A DNA stretch of 64,000 nucleotides, taken from positions 186,001-250,000 of the forward strand of contig JBEUKZ010000054.1 of NCBI GenBank assembly GCA_048128005.1, read 5' to 3'. A model generated the notes under the pieces. That model saw only the letters and a list, made by a program, of their open reading frames with translations, had not been told where the DNA came from and made no database searches. Position numbers and translations under genes: made by a program. The stretch's first letter is position 1. Each line of letters starts with the position of its first letter. Below, in pieces: positions 42,401 to 54,267 of the stretch. This stretch comes from Veleropilina oligotropha. Its lineage: Eukaryota.

Positions 42401-45400
42401 ATCATTCTAACGAGCACCTGTATCATTCTAACGAGCGCCTGTATCATTCTAACGAGCACCTGTATCATTCTAACGAGCACCTGTATCATTCTAACGAGCA
42501 CCTGTATCATTCTAACGAGCACCTGTATCATTCTAACGAGCGCCTGCATCATTCTAACGAGCACCTGTATCATTCTAACGAGCACCTGTATCATTCTAAC
42601 GAGCACCTGTATCATTCTAACGAGCACCTGTATCATTCTAACGAGCATCTGTATCATTCTAACGAGCGCCTGTATCATTCTAACGAGCATCTGTATCATT
42701 CTAACGAGCACCTGTATCATTCTAACGAGCGCCTGTATCATTCTAACGAGCACCTGTATCATTCTAACGAGCACCTGTATCATTCTAACGAGCACCGGTA
42801 TCATTCTAACGAGCACCTGTATCATTCTAACGAGCGCCTGTATCATTCTAACGAGCACCTGTATCATTCTAACGAGCACCTGTATCATTCTAACGAGCAC
42901 CTGTATCATTCTAACGAGCACCTGTATCATTCTAACGAGCACCTGTATCATTCTAACGAGCACCTGTATCATTCTAACGAGCACCTGTATCATTCTAACG
43001 AGCACCTGTATCATTCTAACGAGCACCTGTATCATTCTAACGAGCGCCTGTATCATTCTAACGAGCACCTGTATCATTCTAACGAGCGCCTGTATCATTC
43101 TAACGAGCACCTGTATCATTCTAACGAGCACCTGTATCATTCTAACGAGCACCTGTATTATTCTAACGAGCACCTGTATCATTCTAACGAGCACCTGTAT
43201 CATTCTAACGAGCACCTGTATCATTCTAACGAGCACCTGTATCATTCTAACGAGCACCTGTATCATTCTAACGAGCACCTGTATCATTCTAACGAGCACC
43301 TGTATCATTCTAACGAGCACCTGTATCATTCTAACGAGCACCTGTATCATTCTAACGACCACCTGTATCATTCTAACGAGCACCTGTATCATTCTAACGA
43401 CCACCTGTATCATTCTAACGAGCACCTGTATCATTCTAACGAGCGCCTGTATCATTCTAACGAGCACCTGTATCATTCTAACGAGCGCCTGTATCATTCT
43501 AACGAGCGCCTGTATCATTCTAACGAGCGCCTGTATCATTCTAACGAGCGCCTGTATCATTCTAACGAGAACCTGTATCATTCTAACGAGCGCCTGTATC
43601 ATTCTATCGAGCACCTGTATCATTCGAACGAGCACCTGTATCATTCTAACGAGCGTCTGTATCATTCTAACGAGCACCTGTATCATTCTAACGAGCACCT
43701 GTATCATTCTAACGAGCGCCTGTATCATTCTAACGAGCACCTGTATCATTCTAACGAGCACCTGTATCATTCTAACGAGCACCTGTATCATTCTAACGAG
43801 CACCTGTATCATTCTAACGAGCACCTGTATCATTCTAACGAGCGCCTGTATCATTCTAACGAGCACCTGTATCATTCTAACGAGCACCTGTATCATTCTA
43901 ACGAGCGCCTGTATCATTCTAACGAGCGCCTGTATCATTCTAACGAGCGCCTGTATCATTCTAACGAGCGCCTGTATCATTCTAACGAGAACCTGTATCA
44001 TTCTAACGAGCGCCTGTATCATTCTAACGAGCACCTGTATCATTCTAACGAGCACCTGTATCATTCTAACGAGCACCTGTATCATTATAACGAGCACCTG
44101 TATCATTCTAACGAGCACCTGTATCATTCTAACGAGCGCCTGTATCATTCTAACGAGCACCTGTATCATTCTAACGAGCACCTGTATCATTCTAACGAGC
44201 GCCTGTATCATTCTAACGAGCACCTGTATCATTCTAACGAGCGCCTGTATCATTCTAACGAGCGCCTGTATCATTCTAACGAGCGCCTGTATCATTCTAA
44301 CGAGCGCCTGTATCATTCTAACGAGAACCTGTATCATTCTAACGAGCGCCTGTATCATTCTAACGAGCACCTGTATCATTCTAACGAGCACCTGTATCAT
44401 TCGAACGAGCACCTGTATCATTCTAACGAGCGTCTGTATCATTCTAACGAGCCCCTGTATCATTCTAACGAGCACCTGTATCATTCTAACGAGCACCTGT
44501 ATCATTTTAACGAGCACCTGTATCATTCTAACGAGCACATGTATCATTCTAACGAGCACCTGTATCATTCTAACGAGCGCCTGTATCATTCTAACGAGCA
44601 CCTGTATCATTCTAACGAGCGCCTGTATCATTCTAACGAGCACCTGTATCATTCTAACGAGCACCTGTATCATTCTAACGAGCGCCTGTATCATTCTAAC
44701 GAGCGCCTGTATCATTCTAACGAGCACCTGTATCATTCTAACGAGCGCCTGTATCATTCTAACGAGAACCTGTATCATTCTAACGAGCGCCTGTATCATT
44801 CTAACGAGCACCTGTATCATTCTAACGAGCACCTGTATCATTCTAACGAGCGCCTGTATCATTCTAACGAGCACCTGTATCATTCTAACGAGCGCCTGTA
44901 TCATTCTAACGAGCACCTGTATCATTCTAACGACCACCTGTATCATTCTAACGAGCACCTGTATCATTCTAACGAGCACCTGTATCATTCTAACGAGCAC
45001 CTGTATCATTCTAACGAACGCCTGTATCATTCTAACGAGCACCTGTATCATTCTAACGAGCGCCTGTATCATTCTAACGAGCGCCTGTATCATTCTAACG
45101 AGCGCCTGTATCATTCTAACGAGCGCCTGTATCATTCTAACGAGAACCTGTATCATTCTAACGAGCGCCTGTATCATTCTAACGAGCACCTGTATCATTC
45201 TAACGAGCACCTGTATCATTCGAACGAGCACCTGTATCATTCTAACGAGCGCCTGTATCATTCTAACGAGCACCTGTATCATTCTAACGAGCACCTGTAT
45301 CATTCTAACGAGCACCTGTATCATTCTAACGAGCACCTGTATCATTCTTACGAGCACCTGTATCATTCTAACGAGCGCCTGTATCATTCTAACGAGCACC

Positions 45401-48400
45401 TGTATCATTCTAACGAGCACCTGTATCATTCTAACGAGCGCCTGTATCATTCTAACGAGCGCCTGTATCATTCTAACGAGCGCCTGTATCATTCTAACGA
45501 GCGCCTGTATCATTCTAACGAGAACCTGTATCATTCTAACGAGCGCCTGTATCATTCTAACGAGCACCTGTATCATTCTAACGAGCACCTGTATCATTCT
45601 AACGAGCACCTGTATCATTCTAACGAGCACCTGTATCATTCTAACGAGCACCTGTATCATTCTAACGAGCGCCTGTATCATTCTAACGAGCACCTGTATC
45701 ACTCTAACGAGCACATGTATCATTCTAACGAGCACCTGTATCATTCTAACGAGCGCCTGTATCATTCTAACGAGCACCTGTATCATTCTAACGAGCACCT
45801 GTATCATTCTAACGAGCACCTGTATCATTCTAACGAGCACCTGTATCATTCTAACGAGCACCTGTATCATTCTAACGAGCGCCTGTATCATTCTAACGAG
45901 CACCTGTATCATTCTAACGAGCACCTGTATCATTCTAACGAGCGCCTGTATCATTCTAACGAGCGCCTGTATCATTCTAACGAGCACCTGTATCATTCTA
46001 ACGAGCACCTGTATCATTCTAACGAGCACCTGTATCATTCTAACGAGCACCTGTATCATTCTAACGAGCGCCTGTATCATTCTAACGAGCACCTGTATCA
46101 TTCTAACGAGCACCTGTATCATTCTAACGAGCACCTGTATCATTCTAACGAGCACCTGTATCATTCTAACGAGCGCCTGTATCATTCTAACGAGCACCTG
46201 TATCATTCTAACGAGCACATGTATCATTCTAACGAGCACCTGTATCATTCTAACGAGCACCTGTATCATTCTAACGAGCGCCTGTATCATTCTAACGAGC
46301 ACCTGTATCATTCTAACGAGCGCCTGTATCATTCTAACGAGCACCTGTATCATTCTAACGAGCACCTGTATCATTCTAACGAGCGCCTGTATCATTCTAA
46401 CGAGCACCTGTATCATTCTAACGAGCACCTGTATCATTCTAACGAGCACCTGTATCATTCTAACGAGCGCCTGTATCATTCTAACGAGCACCTGTATCAT
46501 TCTAACGAGCACCTGTATCATTCTAACGAGCACCTGTATCATTCTAACGAGCGCCTGTATCATTCTAACGAGCACCTGTATCATTATAACGATCACCTGT
46601 ATCATTCTAACGAGCGCCTGTATCATTATAACGAGCACCTGTATCATTCTAACGAGCGCCTGTATCATTCTAACGAGCACCTGTATCATTCTAACGAGCG
46701 CCTGTATCATTCTAACGAGCGCCTGTATCATTCTAACGAGCGCCTGTATCATTCTAACGAGCACCTGTATCATTCTAACGAGCACCTGTATCATTCTAAC
46801 GAGCACCTGTATTATTCTAACGAACACCTGTATCATTCTAACGAGCACCTGTATCATTCTAACGAGCACCTGTATCATTCTAACGAGCACCTGTATCATT
46901 CTAACGAGCACCTGTATCATTCTAACGAGCACCTGTATCATTCTAACGAGCACCTGTATCATTCTAACGAGCACCTGTATCATTCTAACGAGCACCTGTA
47001 TCATTCTATCGAGCACCTGTATCATTCTAACGAGCGCCTGTATCATTCTAACGAGCACCTGTATCATTCTAACGAGCGCCTGTATCATTCTAACGAGCGC
47101 CTGTATCATTCTAACGAGCGCCTGTATCATTCTAACGAGCACCTGTATCATTCTAACGGACTAATAGTATTCGTTATTGATTAGTTCATATATTATTCCA
47201 TTAATTGTGAACTTATGTCAACTCACAATGTCAATTCAATCAATAGGGGGGAGGTGCCATCAGTAGTGGGGGTGCCATCAATAGGGGGTGGGGGGGTGGG
47301 TATTTGAGGGGATGGGCATCACAAGGACGTTGCATGCTCGCCATAACAACAAATTTCCATTTGACTTAAATCAATTTTTTATCTGCCAACGAAGTCACGT
47401 TAGCATATGCAAGCCTTGATCTAATATTATTGCCTGAGATCAAATCTAAATTGAGAATCTCAATTATACAAATTGTTACTTTCACGTCACTGATCATGTC
47501 GAGTCTGATTGAATGGTGTAGCATATTGATTCGAGAAATTAGCAGCTGTTGCGATGCGGCACACTTCACTGGGATAGTTACGTTCCTGGAAAAATAAAGA
47601 CGGTTAGATAATATGTCAGTCTCTGATAGTTACGTCTCTGATATCTCTGGTTGCTGCATAGACGTTAAGTAACTTGTCTAACAGGGCCATCGCCTTCGGT
47701 CGTAACCAAGCTGCTACCAGCGATTTCTGCTTCTAAGATGTGATCGTCTGTACTCAATATCTGACTTCAAGGAATCTAGAAGTCCGCGTAAGTTAACTTC
47801 CATGATCGGAATGTTGTGAGTTTCCATAAGAAGTTATCAGATGGTCAAGGTTTCACGCCCCTTGACTGACATGAAGCCTGGCGGGCATCTATTCCTTCGG
47901 TACAACCCTGGCATGGTTCTATTTGTAGTGACTTGGCAATGGAGTTCATTCCAATATACATTGGACGTTTATTAGCACGGCATGGATTATAATGGTGGTT
48001 GCATCATCAACGCATAAGCGAAGTATATATATGAATGAATTATCAGTGTAAGTTAGCTTTAGAAGTAACTAATTTTATTCTATTTTGTAACACAGCTAGC
48101 TATACAATAAAACAAGGCGGCTTGGAGGGCGATATACACCATAGGTTTCAACTTGTTGAATGAACATATATCTTTCTGGTTCAACATCACCTCATACACC
48201 ATCCGAATAGCATGGCCACCAACATATCCAATATAAAGTAGCCGAACTCTGACGTCATAGATTTGGTCACTCGATGCTATTTTCAATTCATTTGTTACAC
48301 CTGACCTGTCGATATTATCTTGAGTATTTTTTAGTTACGGCTTCAGTTAATACGACATCGATAGACGAAGCCCGTCGAGTGTACGGTTGTCATTGATTGC

Positions 48401-50973
48401 GATACCTTATAATCAGAACAATGATTAATAGCTCTGATCGAGATCCACAGCTGTGTCAATATATGAGAAACTCATAGGAACGAGCAACCTGGCCTAAGTG
48501 TTTCTGCATGTATTTATATGTGTTAATTTATATTTTTTGTAGATTATAGCAAGGTGTTTAATCTGGACACAAGTTCGCAAGCACCAAGTGACATTGTTAC
48601 AGTGAGTTTTCCGGGTCTGGTCGTTTACACCTCATACCTGTGTAGTATTTATTCCGGTCGGGATTTGTTATGTTGCTAATTTTGAGAAAGCCCTTACGGT
48701 TTATTATCTTTAATGCACCCGAGATAAGATTGTTATTTTTGGCCGAATAATAATAATTTATCATTAAAAATCGCAACAACCGAAGAGTAATGCAGTGCGC
48801 AGTATGGGATGTATTATTGTCTTCTAAAACGCCCAATCAATAGACAATCAGTAAAATGATAAAATGTTACGTTGATGTGTCGATGAATACGTTTGATGAT
48901 AATTGATGACACATTTATTGCGTAAGCACTAATATTATAGTTGTACCTTTTGAATCGTTGTGGGATAATGGCGTCGATTTCCAAATTTGTGTTGCGTGGC
49001 AACACATAACAACTCGCTTAAAGTAATGCGTCAATGGGCGTATTCGAATGGGAGTTTTCAGTTAGTAAATTATAGGCTCCGCCCACCTGCGCAGAGCGAC
49101 TTTAGTTCGAACTGGAAAGCGACCACTCGAATAGAAGACCGATGCCAAGTTCGTACCAACCAACATGGCGGAGTCCATAGGGCTTCCGGTTAAAATAAAG
49201 TTTGCGTATGGACGATGATATGGTTGATTCTGATATCAACGATGATATTGAAGATGTGGAAATTGCCACGTTCATACCACAATCGTCGAATCCCCGGACG
49301 ATACGTTACAAAATAAAAAAATAATAATCGAAATCGCTAGGCAAACGCCCCATCAAGGCTATTGATTGCTAGTCATATATATAACAGATTGTTGTGCAAC
49401 GAGAAAATGCCGTTAATCGGTAAACACTCGAAATACAGATCTTAATTAATATAAAATCGGCATACTTGGTACTGCTGGAATCGATAAACAACGTTTTGGA
49501 CAATAGGTTGAGGGTCGAAACCTTTTTGCCTATCACTTGAATATAATATTTTGTCACGCAACCCATTACGGTATAGATACGCGGTAAATAAATCAAAATA
49601 CTTAGTAAATATCTTTTCTAACTTATTATTTTTTATATATTTCTTATAAGTATAAACTATGCGCAATTATTTTTGAATGCCTGTCACAAAAAGCGTTATT
49701 ATAACACAATTATATCCATCTGTAGTATAATACCATGTTAAAACAGCGATTATATCCAGCTATCTCCTTATATTATAATTGTGCCCGATTTGTTTTAAAT
49801 AGCCTAGACCTATTGCCCGTAAATGCGCTCTTTATTCTTTGAAAACTAACCAGAGTATTATTACGCTTTTTGTTAATAACATATAAAGTTTGGAATTTTC
49901 AGCACTAAACTTTCGTCAGTAAATTGATACCGTTTAAATTAATCGCTACTGAAGGTGTAAAAATAATTAAAAGTGGTCCGCTTGTAATTACCTCGCACCG
50001 AGTATCATTTCCAATTGATCTAGTTTGGGAAAAGTTGCGTAGGTTTCTGCTCGTAAGTAAAATAGATTTATATTCGACAATAATATATTATATAGCCCAG
50101 TTACAATAATAATTTCAGTAAAATCAATCATTTGATCATATACCAATCGTATCCTTCGTGAAATTGGTGTCAGTTGGCGCATACCGTGCGATAGAGGCTG
50201 ATCAGCCATGCTATGTACACCGTCACGAAAAGAGCGCATTTACGGGCATTATATAGTCACTTTAACATGTTTTTAAAAAATAATCGCTGAGACTTTATAC
50301 ATATAAAAATATATACAAGTAGTAAATTGCAAGTAAAGACATATAACTATGAATTTATTTTATTATTCTTATGTTATTTATATTAATAGTCAAATCAAGG
50401 TTATGAGTGTTGAAGACGGCCGTACTTGCCGCTTCAAAAGCCATGCTGATCACGTGATAATTCCTAACGAACTGCGATTCCATGTGCAGTTCGAACTGAT
50501 CTTACTGTAGTTAACTTCCGGTACCAGTCGAACACAAAGGTGTGAGAAAATTCCGATCAGTTCGAACTTAATCGACCACTCGAATACGCCCAATATCACA
50601 CTGTATTTCAGTTGCATGAAATAACATTTGAACATCGTTTCACGGTTGTGTGATACGGGCTAATTGAAGTTGCATTGTTACCGAAACATCAATCAACACA
50701 AGCTTCACTCTGTCACAATGTTTCCACAAAGTACGTCTGATTTTATCTTGTTGTTTATAAGTATATAATTATAATTGTATGTTAAACACTACATCATTTA
50801 TTTGGAAATTAACCATTTTTTTTAATTCTGTGTTGCAGGTTCATGATCCAAGTCGCATGAAGAAGCGAAGATGTATATGCATTATAGTTTTATCCATTTG
50901 CTTCGTCGTTGCAGTAGGAACTATTATCGGTGTAGTTGTTGCCCTCGTACCTGGCAAATTCAGCGGAAAGTGA
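30318..50973 (+). CDS. RGS9BP: Multi-exon gene: RGS9-binding protein (R9AP)/R7BP family membrane anchor; join(30318..30484,35419..35561,37944..38079,38767..38867,48543..48601,50839..50973), 5' end incomplete
   Basis: Six exons with AG acceptors and GT donors; phases 2,1,2,1,0 join into one open frame of 246 codons: [39 protein letters not shown]...[32 protein letters not shown]...VLINTG...[27 protein letters not shown]...[30 protein letters not shown]. Collinear with R9AP motifs as recalled (LNKTTACY..LV..GGS.DS.NLR.EL; FERLW..F..CL..LE; FPL; LV.TG; L.ELERE; V.VP.W; C-terminal TM). Confidence 0.85.
31128..31333. repeat. Near-perfect ~206-bp palindrome
   Basis: tgattatgtcggtcattgaatcatata..gattgaactgcagtttggttgc..ttatgctggtatgaacgcaagcagcaa pairs with its complement around gcgc-taac-gcgc (31226-31237). 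Confidence 0.92.
31933..33200 (-). mobile_element. CR1 LINE copy 2, 3' part
   Basis: Highly similar to 18027-19380, same tail, internal deletions. Confidence 0.92.
33201..34925. mobile_element. Non-autonomous insert with terminal hairpin and GTAA direct repeat (Crypton-like, tentative)
   Basis: Interrupts CR1 copy 2 (copy 1 reads aggtcgataattttgggt); GTAA at both borders; long hairpin at 33197-33342; no ORF. Confidence 0.7.
34926..35219 (-). mobile_element. CR1 LINE copy 2, 5' part
   Basis: Matches 19382-19698 ([17 protein letters not shown]) and extends to [11 protein letters not shown]. Confidence 0.9.
35419..35561 (+). CDS. RGS9BP: RGS9BP-like coding exon B (143 nt)
   Basis: ttctAG acceptor, G|gttagt donor; [47 protein letters not shown]; phase matches exons A and C. 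Confidence 0.88.
35662..36888. mobile_element. TIR-bounded non-autonomous element carrying a 28-bp array
   Basis: gaggtgagaaccagagtc(gtc)tgct (35667-35690) vs agcagactctggttctcacctc (36863-36884). Confidence 0.65.
36270..36802. repeat. Minisatellite, 28-bp unit, ~19 copies
   Basis: gggataagccatgtcattggttaatagt repeated. Confidence 0.96.
37523..37590 (-). mobile_element. tRNA-derived SINE head fragment
   Basis: Reverse strand: tggtgtatgattggttaac (A-box-like) ... gagttcgaattt (B-box-like). Confidence 0.4.
37944..38079 (+). CDS. RGS9BP: RGS9BP-like coding exon C (136 nt)
   Basis: ctctcttAG acceptor, AG|gtaagc donor; [45 protein letters not shown]. Confidence 0.85.
38767..38867 (+). CDS. RGS9BP: RGS9BP-like coding exon D (101 nt)
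   Basis: ttttatttcaAG acceptor, G|gtaagt donor; [34 protein letters not shown]. Confidence 0.87.
39049..39564 (-). mobile_element. CR1 LINE copy 3, short 3' fragment
   Basis: Same tail ttaaatagattaaatag; [45 protein letters not shown]. Confidence 0.9.
39565..40572 (+). mobile_element. L2/Crack-group LINE fragment
   Basis: [49 protein letters not shown]; then an agcgctttga..-type 3' tail at ~40510-40572. Confidence 0.75.
41230..47158. repeat. Minisatellite, 21-bp unit, ~280 copies, in the intron between exons D and E
   Basis: ctgtatcattctaacgagc(a/g)c repeated almost without indels. Confidence 0.98.
48543..48601 (+). CDS. RGS9BP: RGS9BP-like coding exon E (59 nt)
   Basis: tattttttgtAG acceptor, A|gtgagt donor; [20 protein letters not shown]; bridges phase 1 (exon D) to phase 0 (exon F). 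Confidence 0.75.
49036..50591. mobile_element. PIF/Harbinger-type MITE
   Basis: TIR gggcgtattcga(a/g)tgg / ccactcgaatacgccc; 3-bp TSD AAT at 49033-35 and 50592-94. Confidence 0.75.
49806..50261 (+). mobile_element. Kolobok-type MITE copy 1, nested in the Harbinger MITE
   Basis: tattgcccgtaaatgcgc / gcgcatttacgggca TIR; body shared with 58436-58742 and 63191-63606. Confidence 0.75.
50839..50973 (+). CDS. RGS9BP: RGS9BP-like terminal coding exon F (polybasic motif + transmembrane helix)
   Basis: tgttgcAG acceptor; [44 protein letters not shown] then TGA. Confidence 0.85.
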   Translation, partial: VHDPSRMKKRRCICIIVLSICFVVAVGTIIGVVVALVPGKFSGK

Positions 50974-50990
50974 TGAACAATTTTCACTTT

Positions 50991-51089
50991 AGTTTCGCTT
51001 GTGATAAACGCGAAACCAAAAGACTTCGTTTCGCATATGATAAATGCGAATCTGAACGACTTCGCTTCGCATATGATGAACGCGAACTA
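50991..51089 (+). repeat. 36-bp tandem x3, each unit a short hairpin, just 3' of the stop codon
   Basis: ttcgc-N11-gcgaa three times with 36-bp period. Confidence 0.8.
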
Positions 51090-51224
51090 TTTATTACTGT
51101 CATCAAAATGAGTTTTGACAAGAAATCCCAGGTGCTACTGCCAGAGAACTCTGATAACATACTACGCAATAGAGCGACGCCCTCGGAAGAATACGAATGA
51201 ATTTGACTTTTTGAAAGTACATAG

Positions 51225-51230
51225 AATAAA
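51225..51230 (+). promoter_or_regulatory. Candidate polyadenylation signal
   Basis: First AATAAA after the stop codon; common in AT-rich DNA, unverified. Confidence 0.25.
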
Positions 51231-51394
51231 TTATAATCCAACATCTGCATGGTGCCAAATCCCAGAAGTGTTATGCAGATATCGTTGTTGATTTCCATGA
51301 TTTTTTGTCTGACGCTTTGGCATATGTAAATTCAACACTTACAGCATTTATTTGCGGTTATGAGACTGTCTACGTTTAAGAGACATAGCTTCAT

Positions 51395-51775
51395 GGCCGC
51401 CCTTGGCGTCCTGAATAAGGGCGTGGATTCAAACCCACTCCCTGACTGCTTTAATTAACACGAGTGGGCTCGAATCGTCAACAGTGCCGTTAATCGTCAC
51501 AGTTGTTTATACCTGGCCGTTGCGCGACCTGGATTTCTTCCCGCGACGACATGAACATGCCCTGATATGACCTTGCGCAACATGAACATGCCCTGATATG
51601 ACCTTGCGCAACATGAACATGCCCTGATATGACCTTGCGCAACATGAACATGCCCTGATATGACCTTGCGCAACATGACCTTGCCCTGATATGACCTTGC
51701 GCAACATGACCTTGCCCTGATATGACCTTGCTTTGTGTTAAAATCGGACATTAAGCATCGACCCAAACCAAACCG
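51395..51775 (+). mobile_element. Diverged SINE containing a 31-bp array
   Basis: cacagttgt..ctggccg..ttcttcccgcga..acatg..cct..acctt..ggacattaagcatcg collinear with the full SINE. Confidence 0.65.
51549..51731. repeat. Minisatellite, 31-bp unit x6
   Basis: acatgaacatgccctgatatgaccttgcgca repeated. Confidence 0.93.
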
Positions 51776-52632
51776 AGGCAGTAGCATGAGCCCTGAAAAT
51801 GACCAACAAAGATCAGATGGAAGACTACAGTCCGTCCATATTTTTATTCTGGCTTTCATTATAATATATTTTGACAACTTGTCCAAAGTCGGAATATTCG
51901 CAAACAGAAATGTCATATGATAATAACGGGATAATTTCAGTTTATGTTATATTTACGATCAATATTGTTTTAAGAGGTCCGGTGTAATGTAACCTGCGAT
52001 ATGGGTCCGTCATATGGATCGGCAATTACAGTCATTGCACCTTTTATACAGTGCCATGGCAGTTAGCTGTCGCTACTCCAGAAAATAAAACTTATGTACA
52101 CATTTTAGACCATTAAAGTTTGGCAGTGTTGATGGAACCAAATCCGTAGCATAGACAGTATAGGCCTACATTGCATACAAAAGTATATGCGGCACAGTGA
52201 CAGTGGATGTTGATTAAAAAACTTTATTTGTTCAAGCATATATCGATAAGCAAAGTACTACATTTATTTGAAAAACTAGCGACATTCCGTTTGGTAAATA
52301 GTTGTTGACCTGCCATCCCGCAGGGTAATGTTTATTCGATTAACTTGTTATGTACTGCAAATGCCTTATATTTGCATGTAAATATTTTTTGTTTATAATG
52401 TTTAATAACACTTGATTACTATTAATCGACACTTTATTAATCAGTGTAATCAGTGTACTGTTATATTTGATTATTTATTCGCGTTCATACGCTGCTTTTG
52501 TACATATGCTGCTCTTACATAAATTTATACACATTAACTTAATTAATAAATTGCCTATTGGCTATTTTTGTTACGAATTGTTCATTCAGTATAGTTTCAT
52601 TTTGGCTAGATTTGTTTCGTATTCGTCATACA

Positions 52633-53700
52633 GAAGCTGCCTTGAACTGTGGAATATGTGTAAATTCCCAGTAAATTCCCGAAATGTGTTAAATATTTTT
52701 CTAGATGACAGTTCACCATGCTGAAGCTCTATTGCGGGTCTCAAGAGCTGCATGGTGCCTCAATTCGGTCATTTTTTAAACTGATGGATAGTCCAAAGTT
52801 GTTGCAGCTTTGGGAAAACTAGTCAATACTCTACTAAATACAGTATTGGATTTCCAGTTGTGGTTTAGGGCGCAGTCATCAGGATGAAGATCCGGTATCG
52901 GATTACGGTGATGTTGACTTTGATCACAGCATTCTTGAATGCCCGTGATGTTGATGAGCTTACCATCTGTCCAGTAACTGATGCTGACTCGTGGTTCATT
53001 CTGATTGAATGCACCTACATGTCAGCATGAATGCACCTACATGTCAGCATGAATGCACCTACATGTCAGCATGAATGCACCTACATGTCAGCATGAATGC
53101 ACCTACATGTCAGCATGAATGCACCTACATGTCAGCATGAATGCACCTACATGTCAGCATGAATGCACCTACATGTCAGCATGAATGCACCTACATGTCA
53201 GCATGAATGCACCTACATGTCAGGATGAATGCACCTACATGTCAGCATGAATGCACCTACATGTCAGCATGAATGCACCTACATGTCAGCATGGCCGAAA
53301 ACATCATGCTGTAGAGATAGAACATATCCCTGTTTGACCCCGTCGCTCAATGGGAAATAGGAAGATTCATCGCCACCATCTAGGACACGGACCATCATGC
53401 CATCATGAAACGGATAATCGTGATGAATCGAGAAGGCCATCCAGATATGGTCATGATCTTCCACAGTGTCGAACATTATGTGGCACGATAAAGTTTTAGA
53501 CACTGGATTTCAATCGCGCGCAAACTATCCATCCATCTGCACCATCTTGCAGCGGTTTCAATTTTGATGGGTGAACTTTGTCTGTCGTATACCAGATGCT
53601 CGACCTCCAGAAGAGCTTCAGCATGGTAAATTGTCATCTGGAAAAATATTTAAGACATTTCTGGAATTTACTCATATTCGTGGAAAGCCATGGCAGCTTT
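52633..53700 (-). mobile_element. RTE (BovB-like) LINE remnants, rearranged
   Basis: Minus strand FHDGMMVRV..FPLSDGVKQGYVL, YWTDGKLIN, DDCAL; plus strand 53505-53700 RANYPSI..VCRIPDARPPEELQHGKLSSGK. Confidence 0.75.
53006..53293. repeat. Minisatellite, 22-bp unit x13
   Basis: gaatgcacctacatgtcagcat repeated. Confidence 0.95.
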
Positions 53701-54267
53701 GTTTCTGGGCCAGGTGGCGAAGTCTTGCAAGTATTCCTTTTTTGGAGGTGAAGCATATGTTTCGTCTAGCCAGTCTATATATGTTCAGGATATATATGTA
53801 TTATTATGTAGAGTGAATTATGTCCTTGAATATTATTTTGCCCCAGATACCAAGGAGCAGTATTTCATTGCTCTTACACTTGCCGATGCCGTTTCTACCA
53901 ATTGCCCGTCCCGGGTTAATGGTGCTCTGGTCTAACTCCGACATTGAAGTCGGTAATATTGACGAATTTGTCTTCCTTTATATAACTTTTCCCTGACGTC
54001 ATAGTGGGAAGCAATGATATTCTACAATTTAATTACATGAAATTCTTTATCAAAATATTAAATCCGGATACCCACTAGACTATCGTAATTAACTATCAAA
54101 TCCTCGAGGGGTGTATTCTCTACCACGACGGACATGTTGAATTAAATATTGACCAAACACCAAAGCCAAGAAATCTGTGCGAACACTGTGAAACGGAGAC
54201 TATTGTCCGATGTTACAATCAGTATATTGGTGTAAATTTGTCCTATTTAGCGCCAATTGGATCATTT

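Noticed and set aside
41219..47184. Three ORFs of ~1900-2000 aa
   Set aside because: Translations of a 21-bp unit lacking stops in three frames on both strands; intronic; no non-repeat coding sequence.
47245..47320. G-rich tract as a functional G-quadruplex
   Set aside because: Could fold, but nothing in the sequence indicates function; same for the poly-G near 58070.
47366..48290. Possible further minus-strand LINE remnant
   Set aside because: Only weak hints (e.g. NIRSRLAYA); too decayed to support.
50971..51089. SECIS element or selenocysteine readthrough
   Set aside because: Hairpins are too short and lack the SECIS core geometry; the protein is already complete at the first TGA.
51790..51830. 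Hammerhead ribozyme or retrozyme
   Set aside because: No CTGATGA...GAAA core with proper stems seen by eye here or in any array unit.
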